Source: a virus. Taken from it: a stretch of DNA of 64,000 nucleotides. Positions 1 through 8,523 of the stretch are shown here, piece by piece (position 1 is the first letter of the stretch; the number at the start of each line of letters is the position of its first letter). Location of the stretch: positions 6,315-70,314 of IMG/VR virus record IMGVR_UViG_3300035703_000070; one strand, written 5' to 3'. The notes under the pieces were generated by a model. That model saw only the letters and a program-made list of their open reading frames with translations, made no database searches and was not told the origin of the DNA. A program made the translations under genes and the position numbers.

Positions 1-5
1 TCATA

Positions 6-27
6 AAAAAGCGCCCTTAGGGGCGCT
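6..27 (-). terminator. Rho-independent terminator
   Basis: Minus strand AGCGCCC-CTAA-GGGCGCT followed by a T run, at the end of a minus-strand ORF run. Confidence 0.7.
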
Positions 28-220
28 GTTGGTTGCTGCTAGTCCAGGATGCGTCGCCTGGTATGGGCTCCATGCCGAATTCCCAATCGTCATAATCAGG
101 AGAATTGCGCAGGGCCGCTTTTTCCTGCATTGAAAGGCCGTCTTTTCCTGCATTGGAAGGACGGCCGGGGCCGTCAGGGTTGATACAGTTCACTGTTAAT
201 TGCCACTGCATAGGCTTCAA
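17..220 (-). CDS. hypothetical protein (start uncertain)
   Basis: ORF in operon position ending at the terminator. Confidence 0.45.
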   Translation of the reverse strand: MKPMQWQLTVNCINPDGPGRPSNAGKDGLSMQEKAALRNSPDYDDWEFGMEPIPGDASWTSSNQQRP

Positions 221-506
221 GATAGGCCATAAGGTCAGTTTCAGACGGAGCCTCAGTGGTAATTTCCTCGTGCTGTTGCTTATGCTTGCTATGAGCAGCT
301 TTCAGACTGAAATAAAGACGCTCCAGTACCAAACGATTGGCGAAATTTCCCTCCTTGACCACAGTCTCTTCCAACGTTATGAGCCATTCTTCCAGCTCTT
401 TAATGCGAAAGCTCCATGCAACAGTGGGATGGTTACCGTTCATCACCAAATGGTGATCTTTTGTGAAAGCAGAAGTGCCGAGCGAGTCGCGATAGATGGT
501 TGCCAT
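174..506 (-). CDS. hypothetical protein
   Basis: 110-aa ORF, ATG start, in a minus-strand run. Confidence 0.7.
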   Translation of the reverse strand: MATIYRDSLGTSAFTKDHHLVMNGNHPTVAWSFRIKELEEWLITLEETVVKEGNFANRLVLERLYFSLKAAHSKHKQQHEEITTEAPSETDLMAYLEAYAVAINSELYQP

Positions 507-560
507 GGGGAAGGACGAAGTGATTGACCTGCTTAGTCTGCCGTCCTGTCCCGATTGTGG

Positions 561-896
561 TCAAGCCCCCGAGCCATTAGCTCTACTTATCGTCTTCCAC
601 CCCATCGCCAACATCCTTCCCTTACCCACAGGTCTGAGCACTACATGCCTGCCCGCTCGGGCGATGACATTCTGGAAGGCTTGCCGCTTTGCTTTGTTCA
701 ATGGCTCAAGCGGCTCTTCTAACCAGCTCGAGGCCCAGTCCGCCAGCTCCTCCACGTCACTGAGGTCAGATGTGCGGAGGACGAAATGGCGCCCTTGCTG
801 GCTGATCTTCTTCCAGGCAGGATGCACCATAGGCTCTTCTGCGGCCACGTATTCAGCTTCTGTCTTGAGAATGGGCGGAATGCAAATGGTGACCAT
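561..896 (-). CDS. hypothetical protein
   Basis: ORF, probable start MVTICIPP. Confidence 0.65.
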   Translation of the reverse strand: MVTICIPPILKTEAEYVAAEEPMVHPAWKKISQQGRHFVLRTSDLSDVEELADWASSWLEEPLEPLNKAKRQAFQNVIARAGRHVVLRPVGKGRMLAMGWKTISRANGSGA

Positions 897-931
897 GGGA
901 GGCATGGTTGATGCTGGTGAGGAGACCATTG

Positions 932-1075
932 TCAAACTTGCAGAGCAATGATGGAAACAATGGGAAGGGGGAGTGCTTGATGAGCAAGCAACCGAGCTTG
1001 ATTTTCGTTATAGGCCAACAAGCACAGTTGCGAACCATTCTCAAACACAATCCTATAAGGGCCTGGCCAGTTCAT
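932..1075 (-). CDS. small hypothetical protein (47 aa, MNWPGPYRIVF...)
   Basis: Read manually; ATG overlaps the TGA of the upstream gene. Confidence 0.55.
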   Translation of the reverse strand: MNWPGPYRIVFENGSQLCLLAYNENQARLLAHQALPLPIVSIIALQV

Positions 1076-1536
1076 CACAATTCGCCTGAAAACACGTCTT
1101 CAATGGTGCGTCCAGTCTCTTCAATTTTCTCAAGCACTGCTTGGTTGATTTGCTTTTTGATGGCCTGTCTATAGTCCTCGTCGCCTCCAAAACTGCCAAT
1201 GTCAGCCAAAATACGAAGAGCAGTGGTGATCTTTGAAAGATCATTCATAATGAGGAGCGCTTCTGCCTGGCCGTCGTTGGCTATGTGCTCATTCAGCATC
1301 TCCTCGTGCATAGCGGCCCATTTGCCAATGGCCACCAGGCCCACTTGCTTCAGGGCTTCGTCTCCAAAGCGCTCGTAAAGCTCATCAAGGGCTTCTGCTA
1401 TGGCAGGAGGCAGGGCATAGGTGGAAGGATCGTCAAGGAAAGGCTCGAGGTGTTCGTTGATGGCTTCTCGCTGCCTGGCTTTTGCCCCTTGCGCCTTGCG
1501 CAGGAAATCGCCAACGGAATCAAGAGAAAAATCCAT
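1075..1536 (-). CDS. hypothetical helical protein
   Basis: ORF from MDFSLDSV. Confidence 0.7.
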   Translation of the reverse strand: MDFSLDSVGDFLRKAQGAKARQREAINEHLEPFLDDPSTYALPPAIAEALDELYERFGDEALKQVGLVAIGKWAAMHEEMLNEHIANDGQAEALLIMNDLSKITTALRILADIGSFGGDEDYRQAIKKQINQAVLEKIEETGRTIEDVFSGEL

Positions 1537-1616
1537 GCAATAGAAGCAACACAACTAGCCTGACGACAAGCGAAGCTATTGTCAAGCCCTCGGAAGCTTA
1601 AGACAATGGAAGGCAG

Positions 1617-2357
1617 TCAAGGGGCGTCCTCTTCAGGCATCGCCAGCATTGGCCTGCTGCTGCCAGTTGGCTCGCCGTCCTCATCGAACTCGGGCTCCAC
1701 TTCTGCCTCTGCATCAATGGCGGAAGCCCTCACTTGCGAATTGTTTTCAGCTTCTTTGATCTTTTTTACTTCCTTAGTGAGCGTATCGAGGAAGTTCTTG
1801 TAGCCGCTCTTTTCTGCGGTTTGTGGCTTGATGTCGAACAAGCCAATGAGCTTTGCCTGCTGCTCCAAACAACTGCGTGCAATGCTCAAGAAGCCACTCT
1901 CACCAGCGCTTTCTTCAATGCGCACAATGGTTTCGTCTCTGCTTTCGTTATAAGTGGTGACTTTCTTGCGCTTGCTTTGCTCAAACCCTTCCAAAGCTTT
2001 TTGCTTCAGTTCGTCCTGCTCCTGTACCAATCGTGCTCGCCAAGTGTCTTGGCTCTTCAGGATTTCATGGGTCCAGATTTGACGATTATGAATGCGATCG
2101 CTGCTTACAGTTTCTTTTGAGAGCAGCAAAGTTTCAGCGATTTGCTTGTTGCTCATGCGAGCCGCAAGCAGCTCTTGCACCATGTAGCGCCTTTGACCAG
2201 TGAGGTCTTTGTCGTAAGGAATCTTGCCAGGCCCTAGTCCTACTTTGTTGCGAATGCGGTCAATTTGCTCTGGCGTGAATCCTGCCTCTACAAGCACTTT
2301 CGTTGCATACTGCAATTGCTCTTCTTTAGAAGCAAAAGAAATCTCAGGAAGAGGCAT
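1617..2357 (-). CDS. HTH protein, possible terminase small subunit
   Basis: HTH-like MSNKQIAETLLLSKETVSSD followed by a helical region ending EQQAKLIGL, as in TerS-like proteins. Confidence 0.5.
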   Translation of the reverse strand: MPLPEISFASKEEQLQYATKVLVEAGFTPEQIDRIRNKVGLGPGKIPYDKDLTGQRRYMVQELLAARMSNKQIAETLLLSKETVSSDRIHNRQIWTHEILKSQDTWRARLVQEQDELKQKALEGFEQSKRKKVTTYNESRDETIVRIEESAGESGFLSIARSCLEQQAKLIGLFDIKPQTAEKSGYKNFLDTLTKEVKKIKEAENNSQVRASAIDAEAEVEPEFDEDGEPTGSSRPMLAMPEEDAP

Positions 2358-2376
2358 GGTCGTTCTTTGTTGGCCT

Positions 2377-2553
2377 CTATTCTAAAGGGGCATTTCCTTT
2401 GCCTATCAGGCTTCTAGTGAACAAAGCTGAAAAGCGCTCAAGCTTTTGTGGCACCACGGACGATGGAGAGAAAGTGATGGCATGAAGCAAGCTTTTCATC
2501 TCTTTCCATTCTTCCTTGGAAAGCGATGGGGAGGGATCAAAGGGAGCGCTCAT
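2377..2553 (-). CDS. small cyanophage-type hypothetical protein
   Basis: MSAPFDP...ERFSALFTRSLIGKG; ATG overlaps the upstream stop. Confidence 0.6.
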   Translation of the reverse strand: MSAPFDPSPSLSKEEWKEMKSLLHAITFSPSSVVPQKLERFSALFTRSLIGKGNAPLE

Positions 2554-2699
2554 TATGCAACTAAATAATAAAGAAAAAGAAGGGCTGCAATAATGCCACC
2601 AAAGCAAAGTATGCCAATAATGCCACTAATCAGGCCAATCCTGATCTCATGGCTTTTGATTTTGGCATCAATCATTGCAGCCACTTCTTCCTTGTCCAT
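2553..2699 (-). CDS. small membrane protein (48 aa)
   Basis: Read manually: MDKEEVAAMIDAKIKSHEIRIGLISGIIGILCFGGIIAALLFLYYLVA, C-terminal TM helix. Confidence 0.6.
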   Translation of the reverse strand: MDKEEVAAMIDAKIKSHEIRIGLISGIIGILCFGGIIAALLFLYYLVA

Positions 2700-2701
2700 T
2701 G

Positions 2702-3019
2702 TCAAAACACTTCTTTGGGAAGGGTGAAGACAAGGCTTTCTTTAACTGACAGGATAGAAAAATCTCCCATGTCATCAGCCAGTTTTTTGGCTTCTTTCAG
2801 GGCGATTTCCATGTTTCTTATTTCGTCTCCATAGTCTTTTTCGTTGCGCCGTTGCAGGCGAATGGTTCCATGGGGGCTATCGCAGCTTTCGGAGCCCTCT
2901 TCTTTCATAAGCTCAAGAATGTCTGCCTTGCACTGTTCTTCCTTTTTGGCAAGAGCCTTTTGGGAAGTCTTAATGCTTTCCAGCTCCTTCAGGAGGCCAA
3001 GCATGTCTTCGGAGATCAT
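2702..3019 (-). CDS. hypothetical coiled-coil protein
   Basis: ORF from MISEDML. Confidence 0.65.
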   Translation of the reverse strand: MISEDMLGLLKELESIKTSQKALAKKEEQCKADILELMKEEGSESCDSPHGTIRLQRRNEKDYGDEIRNMEIALKEAKKLADDMGDFSILSVKESLVFTLPKEVF

Positions 3020-3092
3020 GAGCGAACTTCTTTGGCGAGGATGATGACCGAACAAATGATGACAGAAAACAGAGCCAGTGTCAACGTTGTCA

Positions 3093-3326
3093 TCAGGTGT
3101 CTCCGCTTGCGACAAAATTGCGACCAATGAGGGAGACGATTTCCTCGTAGCTGCTGCGCCAGTGGCGTTCACCATCTTCTGGATTGCGAGCTCCGTAAAG
3201 CATGCGCGAGTGTGGTGCAGGCCCTCTATCAGGCATGGAGAAGCCATGGTGATGAATGGCTTCGATGGTCACCCCCTGATGTTCAAGCGTGGGAAGCTTG
3301 TCGGGAGCGAGAGGAGGCTTGGGCAT
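3093..3326 (-). CDS. hypothetical protein
   Basis: 77-aa ORF heading the minus-strand run. Confidence 0.6.
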   Translation of the reverse strand: MPKPPLAPDKLPTLEHQGVTIEAIHHHGFSMPDRGPAPHSRMLYGARNPEDGERHWRSSYEEIVSLIGRNFVASGDT

Positions 3327-3442
3327 TGTGCCTAGAAAAAGCCTTTGTAGTTTAAGAGAAGATTGTTGAGAAGAGCGCTATGAAAAAGCTCGCCTGGGGG
3401 CTCGCCTGCTCGTACGCGCTCTAGCAAAAGTTGCCTAGCAGG

Positions 3443-3471
3443 ATTCTCAATAAAGAACCTTTGTTGAGAAT
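3443..3471. promoter_or_regulatory. imperfect palindrome in a divergent intergenic region
   Basis: ATTCTCAATAAAG-AAC-CTTTGTTGAGAAT, 13-bp arms with one mismatch. Confidence 0.45.
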
Positions 3472-3489
3472 TCAACTATCTCCTTCCCA

Positions 3490-3792
3490 TTGCCCCTTCC
3501 AGAAGAAGCGCCGCAGGGCCAGTTGTGCAGCTCTGCGCGTGGCCGTGCCGGCTTGCCCCAGGCGCGTATATGCGCACGGTCAAGCCTCCGGACGATTGTA
3601 GAACTTGCCACAAGCCCAAATGTGCCAGTTCAGAAATTGGCACAATGGAAAAGAGGATGGTTGACGCTGGTGTACCATGACGAAGTCCTCGGCCGTGCCA
3701 TGCCCATGCTTCGTGACATTTGGCTCGTTGCAGCGCTCTACTGGAGCGTCTGTGCTTTGTTGATTTTCGTTGCCAGCAGAATCCTTCCATGA
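3490..3792 (+). CDS. hypothetical protein, C-terminal TM segment
   Basis: ORF whose stop overlaps the next ATG; start uncertain. Confidence 0.4.
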   Translation: MPLPEEAPQGQLCSSARGRAGLPQARICARSSLRTIVELATSPNVPVQKLAQWKRGWLTLVYHDEVLGRAMPMLRDIWLVAALYWSVCALLIFVASRILP

Positions 3793-4124
3793 CCAACCAT
3801 CAAAGCCCCATCACCCCACCGCCGGAGCTGGCGATGCAGTGGATCAAACAGCTATTTGACAACTCTGACGATCCTGTACAGTCTGGTTATTTACTGATAA
3901 AAGTAGCTGCCCAATACGGCGCTGACCAGGAGCTGGAAGCGTGCTGTAAATGGTTGGCTGTTGCGTGGAAATCGTATGCGTCCACCGAACTCCGCGCCGC
4001 CCGCCGCCCCAAGCCGCCGAGCTTGAAGAAACGAGCACTGGAGGCCATGCATCGCAATTGGAATCCACACAACAACGACGATTTCGCCACCATCGCACGC
4101 GCACTGGAGCAACTCGATGACTGA
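3789..4124 (+). CDS. hypothetical protein, ITPPPEL/GADQELEACC family paralog 1
   Basis: Shares ITPPPEL.QW, GADQELEACC and LRAARRPKPPSLK with the next ORF. Confidence 0.8.
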   Translation: MTNHQSPITPPPELAMQWIKQLFDNSDDPVQSGYLLIKVAAQYGADQELEACCKWLAVAWKSYASTELRAARRPKPPSLKKRALEAMHRNWNPHNNDDFATIARALEQLDD

Positions 4125-4458
4125 TCAACGGCACCCAATCACCCCACCGCCGGAGCTGGTGCAGCAGTGGTGGGAAGAAGCTGACCAGTACCAAGACGAC
4201 CCAAAGACTTACTTCGACTACGTTGCCACCGAAGCTGCCCAATGGGGCGCAGACCAGGAGCTGGAGGCGTGCTGCAAAGAGTTGATGGACCGCGATTTCA
4301 TGGCTGGTCCCTCCGACCTCCGCGCCGCCCGCCGCCCCAAGCCTCCGAGTTTGAAGGAGCAGGCGCTTGAGGCACAGCAGCGCCTAATGACCGGAGCTTG
4401 GCGTGCTGAAGACTGGCAACTTATCAGCCGCGCCCTAGAGGCACTGCCCAATGACTGA
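4117..4458 (+). CDS. hypothetical protein, ITPPPEL/GADQELEACC family paralog 2
   Basis: Tandem paralog, overlapping start/stop. Confidence 0.8.
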   Translation: MTDQRHPITPPPELVQQWWEEADQYQDDPKTYFDYVATEAAQWGADQELEACCKELMDRDFMAGPSDLRAARRPKPPSLKEQALEAQQRLMTGAWRAEDWQLISRALEALPND

Positions 4459-4927
4459 CTTCCGAGCGCTTTGCGCTGAGCTGGTTGAAAATCTAGAGCG
4501 CTATCAGTGCTGGTACATCGAGGACAATGGCTACGGCATCCCGGACCTTGAAGCTCTGCTGCGTCGTGCTAGCGCCGCCCTGGCCCAGCCCGAGCCGCAG
4601 GGGCCGACGGATGAGGAGCTTCGTGATCTTTGGAGCTGGGCGGCTGGGCAAGACCAAGGACCGTGGCCAACGCAGCAGCACTGTTTCGCCCGTGCCGTCC
4701 TCGCCCGCTGGAACCGCCCCACCATTAAGCCGGTGCTTGTCGCTGAGCGGCTGCCGGGGCCGGAGGATTGCGATGCGAAGGGTCGGTGTTGGGTATGGAA
4801 CGAAGGAAGTTGTCGCTGGTGGGAATGGGTTAGTTCAAAAATGATTTCCTATTCTCACGACGATTACACCCACTGGCTTCCCCACCACGCGCTGCCGGTG
4901 CCACAGCAGGAGGGTGCCAATGACTAA
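4451..4927 (+). CDS. hypothetical protein (C-terminal ERLP...THWLP, DUF551-like)
   Basis: MTDFRALCAEL start; ERLPGPEDCD..G.CW and THWLP motifs. Confidence 0.7.
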   Translation: MTDFRALCAELVENLERYQCWYIEDNGYGIPDLEALLRRASAALAQPEPQGPTDEELRDLWSWAAGQDQGPWPTQQHCFARAVLARWNRPTIKPVLVAERLPGPEDCDAKGRCWVWNEGSCRWWEWVSSKMISYSHDDYTHWLPHHALPVPQQEGAND

Positions 4928-5126
4928 CCGCACCCTTTCCCCCGCCGCGCAGGCGGTGCGTGATGCTGCTTTTGATCTTTGGGAAACTGTTGACACTGCT
5001 GAGGCTATTGCCGCCGCCGCCCTGCGAGCTGCTGCGGATCAGGTGGCTCCACTATCAACTAATCGCAGGCAGGATGACATTCGCCAAAAACTCCTCTCCA
5101 TCGCCGCCGAGCTGGAGAACCAATGA
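4920..5126 (+). CDS. hypothetical protein
   Basis: LSPAAQAV...AAALRAAADQV; coupled to neighbours. Confidence 0.7.
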   Translation: MTNRTLSPAAQAVRDAAFDLWETVDTAEAIAAAALRAAADQVAPLSTNRRQDDIRQKLLSIAAELENQ

Positions 5127-5341
5127 CTCAAGAAATGGACTACAAACGCGCCTATCTTGAAATCGTCGAGATCGTCGCACCTCGCTTCCCAGAGCGCAGC
5201 ATCTGCACTATCGACTTAGTGCGTATGCTTGCTTTTGAAAACGACACTTTGCGCACTGCTCTCAAGCTTCCCCATCCCTCCGAAGTAGTCAAAGCTAACG
5301 AACAAAGAGAATCGTCCTTTGAAAAAGATTTCTTCTCATGA
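5123..5341 (+). CDS. hypothetical protein
   Basis: ATGA overlaps on both sides. Confidence 0.65.
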   Translation: MTQEMDYKRAYLEIVEIVAPRFPERSICTIDLVRMLAFENDTLRTALKLPHPSEVVKANEQRESSFEKDFFS

Positions 5342-5496
5342 CCCCCTCAGAAGAGCCTAAGATTATTCGCCTTCCACGCAATGGTCCCAAGCCAGGACAA
5401 TCAACAACTGCCTGGCTCTATGGAAAACAACGTGCCGAAGAAAAAGCTCTTGAACGAGAGCGTTGGAATAGTCTTAAGAAAAAGTCTCCTCAGTAA
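5338..5496 (+). CDS. small hypothetical protein (52 aa, MTPSEEPKIIRLPRNGP...)
   Basis: Read manually; ATGA overlap with the upstream gene. Confidence 0.55.
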   Translation: MTPSEEPKIIRLPRNGPKPGQSTTAWLYGKQRAEEKALERERWNSLKKKSPQ

Positions 5497-5629
5497 TTTC
5501 CTCTTCCATTTTTTCGTCAGTTTCCTCTTCCATTGTTTCACCGCCCTCCTCTTGGAGGGCTTCTTTTTGCACAAAAGAAGGCCCTTCTTCAAAAGAAGGA
5601 CCTTGCTCGTCTTGCCAAATAATTTTCAT
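5474..5629 (-). CDS. very acidic small protein (51 aa)
   Basis: Read manually: MKIIWQDEQGPSFEEGPSFVQKEALQEEGGETMEEETDEKMEEEITEETFS, just downstream of the primase-helicase. Confidence 0.5.
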   Translation of the reverse strand: MKIIWQDEQGPSFEEGPSFVQKEALQEEGGETMEEETDEKMEEEITEETFS

Positions 5630-5653
5630 TGCCTAAAAGCGTGTTGCACTAGT

Positions 5654-7633
5654 CTAGAAAATATCGTCAATTGCGGGCTCTTCGGAAATGACAGGGACAA
5701 TGGAAGTGGACGGAACGAAGGGGCCATCGTCGTCCATGCTCTCTTGCCATTCCCAGGCATGATAAAGACGCTGTTTCTCTCCATTGGGACCATTAACGAA
5801 ACTGCTAGTGATCAAGCCTTGACGCCTAGCCACCTCGAGCATCTTACCAGTGGAGGAGGTTTCAAAATTGCCACAAAGCATGGCTGCCTGCTGTTTCGTG
5901 AATCGTTCGGTCTTGCGCATGTTGATGGCATTGACCACCCTGTCAAGCTCCTCGAGACTGCCGCCCATTGGTCCCGTGTAACGCCAGCCATAGTTCAAAG
6001 CATCACGCTGCAATGAATGCTTACCAGTAAGGCCACTCCTGCTTTTCAACCATTCAAGAATGAACTGGTTGGGGTCGTAATTCTGTTCGTCGCGAGTGAG
6101 CTTCACCACTTCACTGACGTTGTCAACAAAGCTAGTGCTATCCCGCAAACCTCCGCTCTTGTTCAGATGGTGAAGAATGAGAATCGAACAGCGGTAAGTG
6201 TTCGCAATATCCCTCAGTCCATAAATTACATCGCCCGCGTTGCTCTTGATTAAATCCACGTTCATGCCCGCGAGGCAAGCAGTGAGGGAGTCAATGGCAA
6301 TAAATAAGGGGCGATGCTTTCTCACGTGGTCTTCAAGCTGCTTCATGTGGGCAAATCGCCAGTTCTCCCAGAAGCTGATGGTGCCAGGAGCGAGCCCTGC
6401 ATCTTCATAGCCAATCACTCCCAGCTTCTCACTGGTATCCACGAGAGGCTCGTCGCTTTGGATGATCAGGCTCTTGCCTTTCATGCACCTTCTGCCGCTC
6501 CATGGCTGCCCCAGGGCCACGTTGAGAGCCCAGTTGTAAGCCACGGTGCTCTTGCCGGTGCCGCCCGACGCAGCCAGAAGCATCACGCTGCCCAAGGGGA
6601 TGATGCCTGCAATGAGCCATTCCCTTGCCTTGTCAGAGCCTGCAATGGTGAGGGCGTCAATGGTTTCAATTTCTTCTCTGCCATAAATACGAGCCTTGGC
6701 CTCATCGATGATCCTGTCGATATTTTGCTGACTCATCTTCAAACCATGCTGCTCCATCCACAGCACTGTTTCGTAACCAATGCGAGCATCATTGGCATAA
6801 AGGCCAACAAAGTTTTCAATGGTGGAAACAATTTCCTCGTAAGAAGGCTTGCCATCTCGTCCCTTGTGACGACAGGGGCCAATGGAGGCAAGCAAGTCGT
6901 CTTTCGTGGCGCCTTCTTCGATGTAGTCGGCCAGGTCGTAGCCGTTGCCAGGCGGCAGGTTCTCCCACTCCCAGCTACGAGGATCGGCATAGAGCCATTG
7001 AGCACCAGGATTGTCCGTGGCCACTTCCGCCATGAACGCCACGCCCTGTTGGTCCCTGTCGGGGCACAGCACCACTTGCTTGTTGCGGAACAAGCCTGAA
7101 TAGTCTCCGTTGGTGCGATATTGCTTGCTACCGCCAAGGAAAGTTACGCAAGGAATGTCCAGAGCCCACACAGATTGGCAAGTGAGCTCACCTTCGACAA
7201 TAAAAATGGGCAGGCCAGTCTCATTACTTTTCTCCATCGCCTCTTTGTACTGAAAAGGCAGGATGTTTGCTTTAATTTCTTGAAGCTGAGTTTTATGGTT
7301 TTCGCCGCTTTTGATGGTGGGGAAGTCTTGCCAAATACGTTTTGAGCCTGATGAGTCGTCACGATGAACGACAACTACTTCCTTTGCTTCGTTGTTGTAG
7401 TAAGGGAAATGATGCAGACCGGTTTCACGAGGTGGCTTCTCCCAGCGAGTGAGAGGCGCCAGCGCGTCCCTGATTTCAGCTCGATGCGGCGGAGAAGGAT
7501 CGTGCCAGCAGTTGTAACCGCCAGTGGTCTTATTGACGGTAAAGTCGTTGCCACCACAGGCAGGGCAGACAAATTTGCCGGGCTCGTTACTGGCCTCAAG
7601 CTGCTCGAGGTGGTCAAGGATGGAAAACGCCAT
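5654..7633 (-). CDS. primase-helicase (Zn-finger + TOPRIM + AAA_25/RepA-like helicase)
   Basis: CPAC...CWH zinc motif; IVEGE...DRDQQG TOPRIM; Walker A ASGGTGKS; IAIDSL; ILHHLNK. Confidence 0.88.
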   Translation of the reverse strand: MAFSILDHLEQLEASNEPGKFVCPACGGNDFTVNKTTGGYNCWHDPSPPHRAEIRDALAPLTRWEKPPRETGLHHFPYYNNEAKEVVVVHRDDSSGSKRIWQDFPTIKSGENHKTQLQEIKANILPFQYKEAMEKSNETGLPIFIVEGELTCQSVWALDIPCVTFLGGSKQYRTNGDYSGLFRNKQVVLCPDRDQQGVAFMAEVATDNPGAQWLYADPRSWEWENLPPGNGYDLADYIEEGATKDDLLASIGPCRHKGRDGKPSYEEIVSTIENFVGLYANDARIGYETVLWMEQHGLKMSQQNIDRIIDEAKARIYGREEIETIDALTIAGSDKAREWLIAGIIPLGSVMLLAASGGTGKSTVAYNWALNVALGQPWSGRRCMKGKSLIIQSDEPLVDTSEKLGVIGYEDAGLAPGTISFWENWRFAHMKQLEDHVRKHRPLFIAIDSLTACLAGMNVDLIKSNAGDVIYGLRDIANTYRCSILILHHLNKSGGLRDSTSFVDNVSEVVKLTRDEQNYDPNQFILEWLKSRSGLTGKHSLQRDALNYGWRYTGPMGGSLEELDRVVNAINMRKTERFTKQQAAMLCGNFETSSTGKMLEVARRQGLITSSFVNGPNGEKQRLYHAWEWQESMDDDGPFVPSTSIVPVISEEPAIDDIF

Positions 7634-7799
7634 TCAGCAGGCATGGAGGGAAGCGCCCTCCATCATGGCAGTCCTAGCCAGTAGCTGCAAGCAAAATGGC
7701 TAATGCCTTAAGGCACGGCCCATAAGCAACGCTGATAGCCCAAAGGCTTGCGAAAGGCCATTGTGGGCCTAAAGTCAGGAAGTCCTTCGCAAGTGGCCA

Positions 7800-8027
7800 T
7801 TGCCCAGAAGCTTTTACGAAGGCGGCAAGAAGCGCCGCCACTTCACTCTTTCGGACCAAGCCCACGAGCATCTGTGCCGACTGGCGCAAGAAGCGGGCAT
7901 TTCCAAAAGTGAAACTATCGAGCGCATCGTGCGCTGCCAACACATTTCCGAAGGTCGCTTCACTCTTTCCGATGAGGTGTGGCCTGAAGTGACTGACTTT
8001 TCTCTTTCTTCTCATGAAACTCTCTAA
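7800..8027 (+). CDS. ribbon-helix-helix DNA-binding protein
   Basis: RRHFTLSDQAHEHLCRLAQEAGISKSETIERIVR CopG-like pattern. Confidence 0.7.
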   Translation: MPRSFYEGGKKRRHFTLSDQAHEHLCRLAQEAGISKSETIERIVRCQHISEGRFTLSDEVWPEVTDFSLSSHETL

Positions 8028-8256
8028 ACTTCGCGAGCTTTGCGGCAAAGCAATTGACAAGTACGGCGACATGGAAGTGGGCTCCCATGACAAGGACTAT
8101 GCCTACGACATTGACAGCGCTTCCGACATGAATTCAATCAAGTTTCGCGTTTTAAGTCCTTCTGGTTCGCTGCCTGGTGAATCCATGGACGGAGACGAGG
8201 AAGAAGCCTCTGGCACTCCCGTTTCTCACTTTGCTTGCATTTTTTACGAAGGTTGA
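8014..8256 (+). CDS. small acidic protein, paralog A
   Basis: MKL..L....KA....G...EV, LPG.S and IFY motifs shared with the next ORF. Confidence 0.7.
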   Translation: MKLSKLRELCGKAIDKYGDMEVGSHDKDYAYDIDSASDMNSIKFRVLSPSGSLPGESMDGDEEEASGTPVSHFACIFYEG

Positions 8257-8259
8257 ATC

Positions 8260-8523
8260 ATGAAACTCGGCGCCTTGATTGACACCCTGGACAAAGCCCG
8301 TCACCAGGCGGGCAACGATGCAGAAGTGTTTCTTTGCTTTGAAGAAACTGCTCTTGACGAAGGTTATGACGAAGCTTCCACTGAAGGCATTAGCGACATT
8401 CGTCTTTTAGAAGACTGGCCGCTTCCTGGCAAAAGCTTGTGCTTTACAGAAGGGGAAAAGGCTCAGAAGGTGGTCATCTTCTATGACAACCACTACAAGC
8501 TTGACTCCGCCAAGCAAGCATGA
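8260..8523 (+). CDS. small acidic protein, paralog B
   Basis: Same motifs as paralog A. Confidence 0.7.
   Translation: MKLGALIDTLDKARHQAGNDAEVFLCFEETALDEGYDEASTEGISDIRLLEDWPLPGKSLCFTEGEKAQKVVIFYDNHYKLDSAKQA

Noticed and set aside
3789-4458. Diversity-generating retroelement TR/VR pair or CRISPR array
   Set aside because: No reverse transcriptase in the window, differences are not adenine-specific, and no regularly spaced repeats were seen anywhere.
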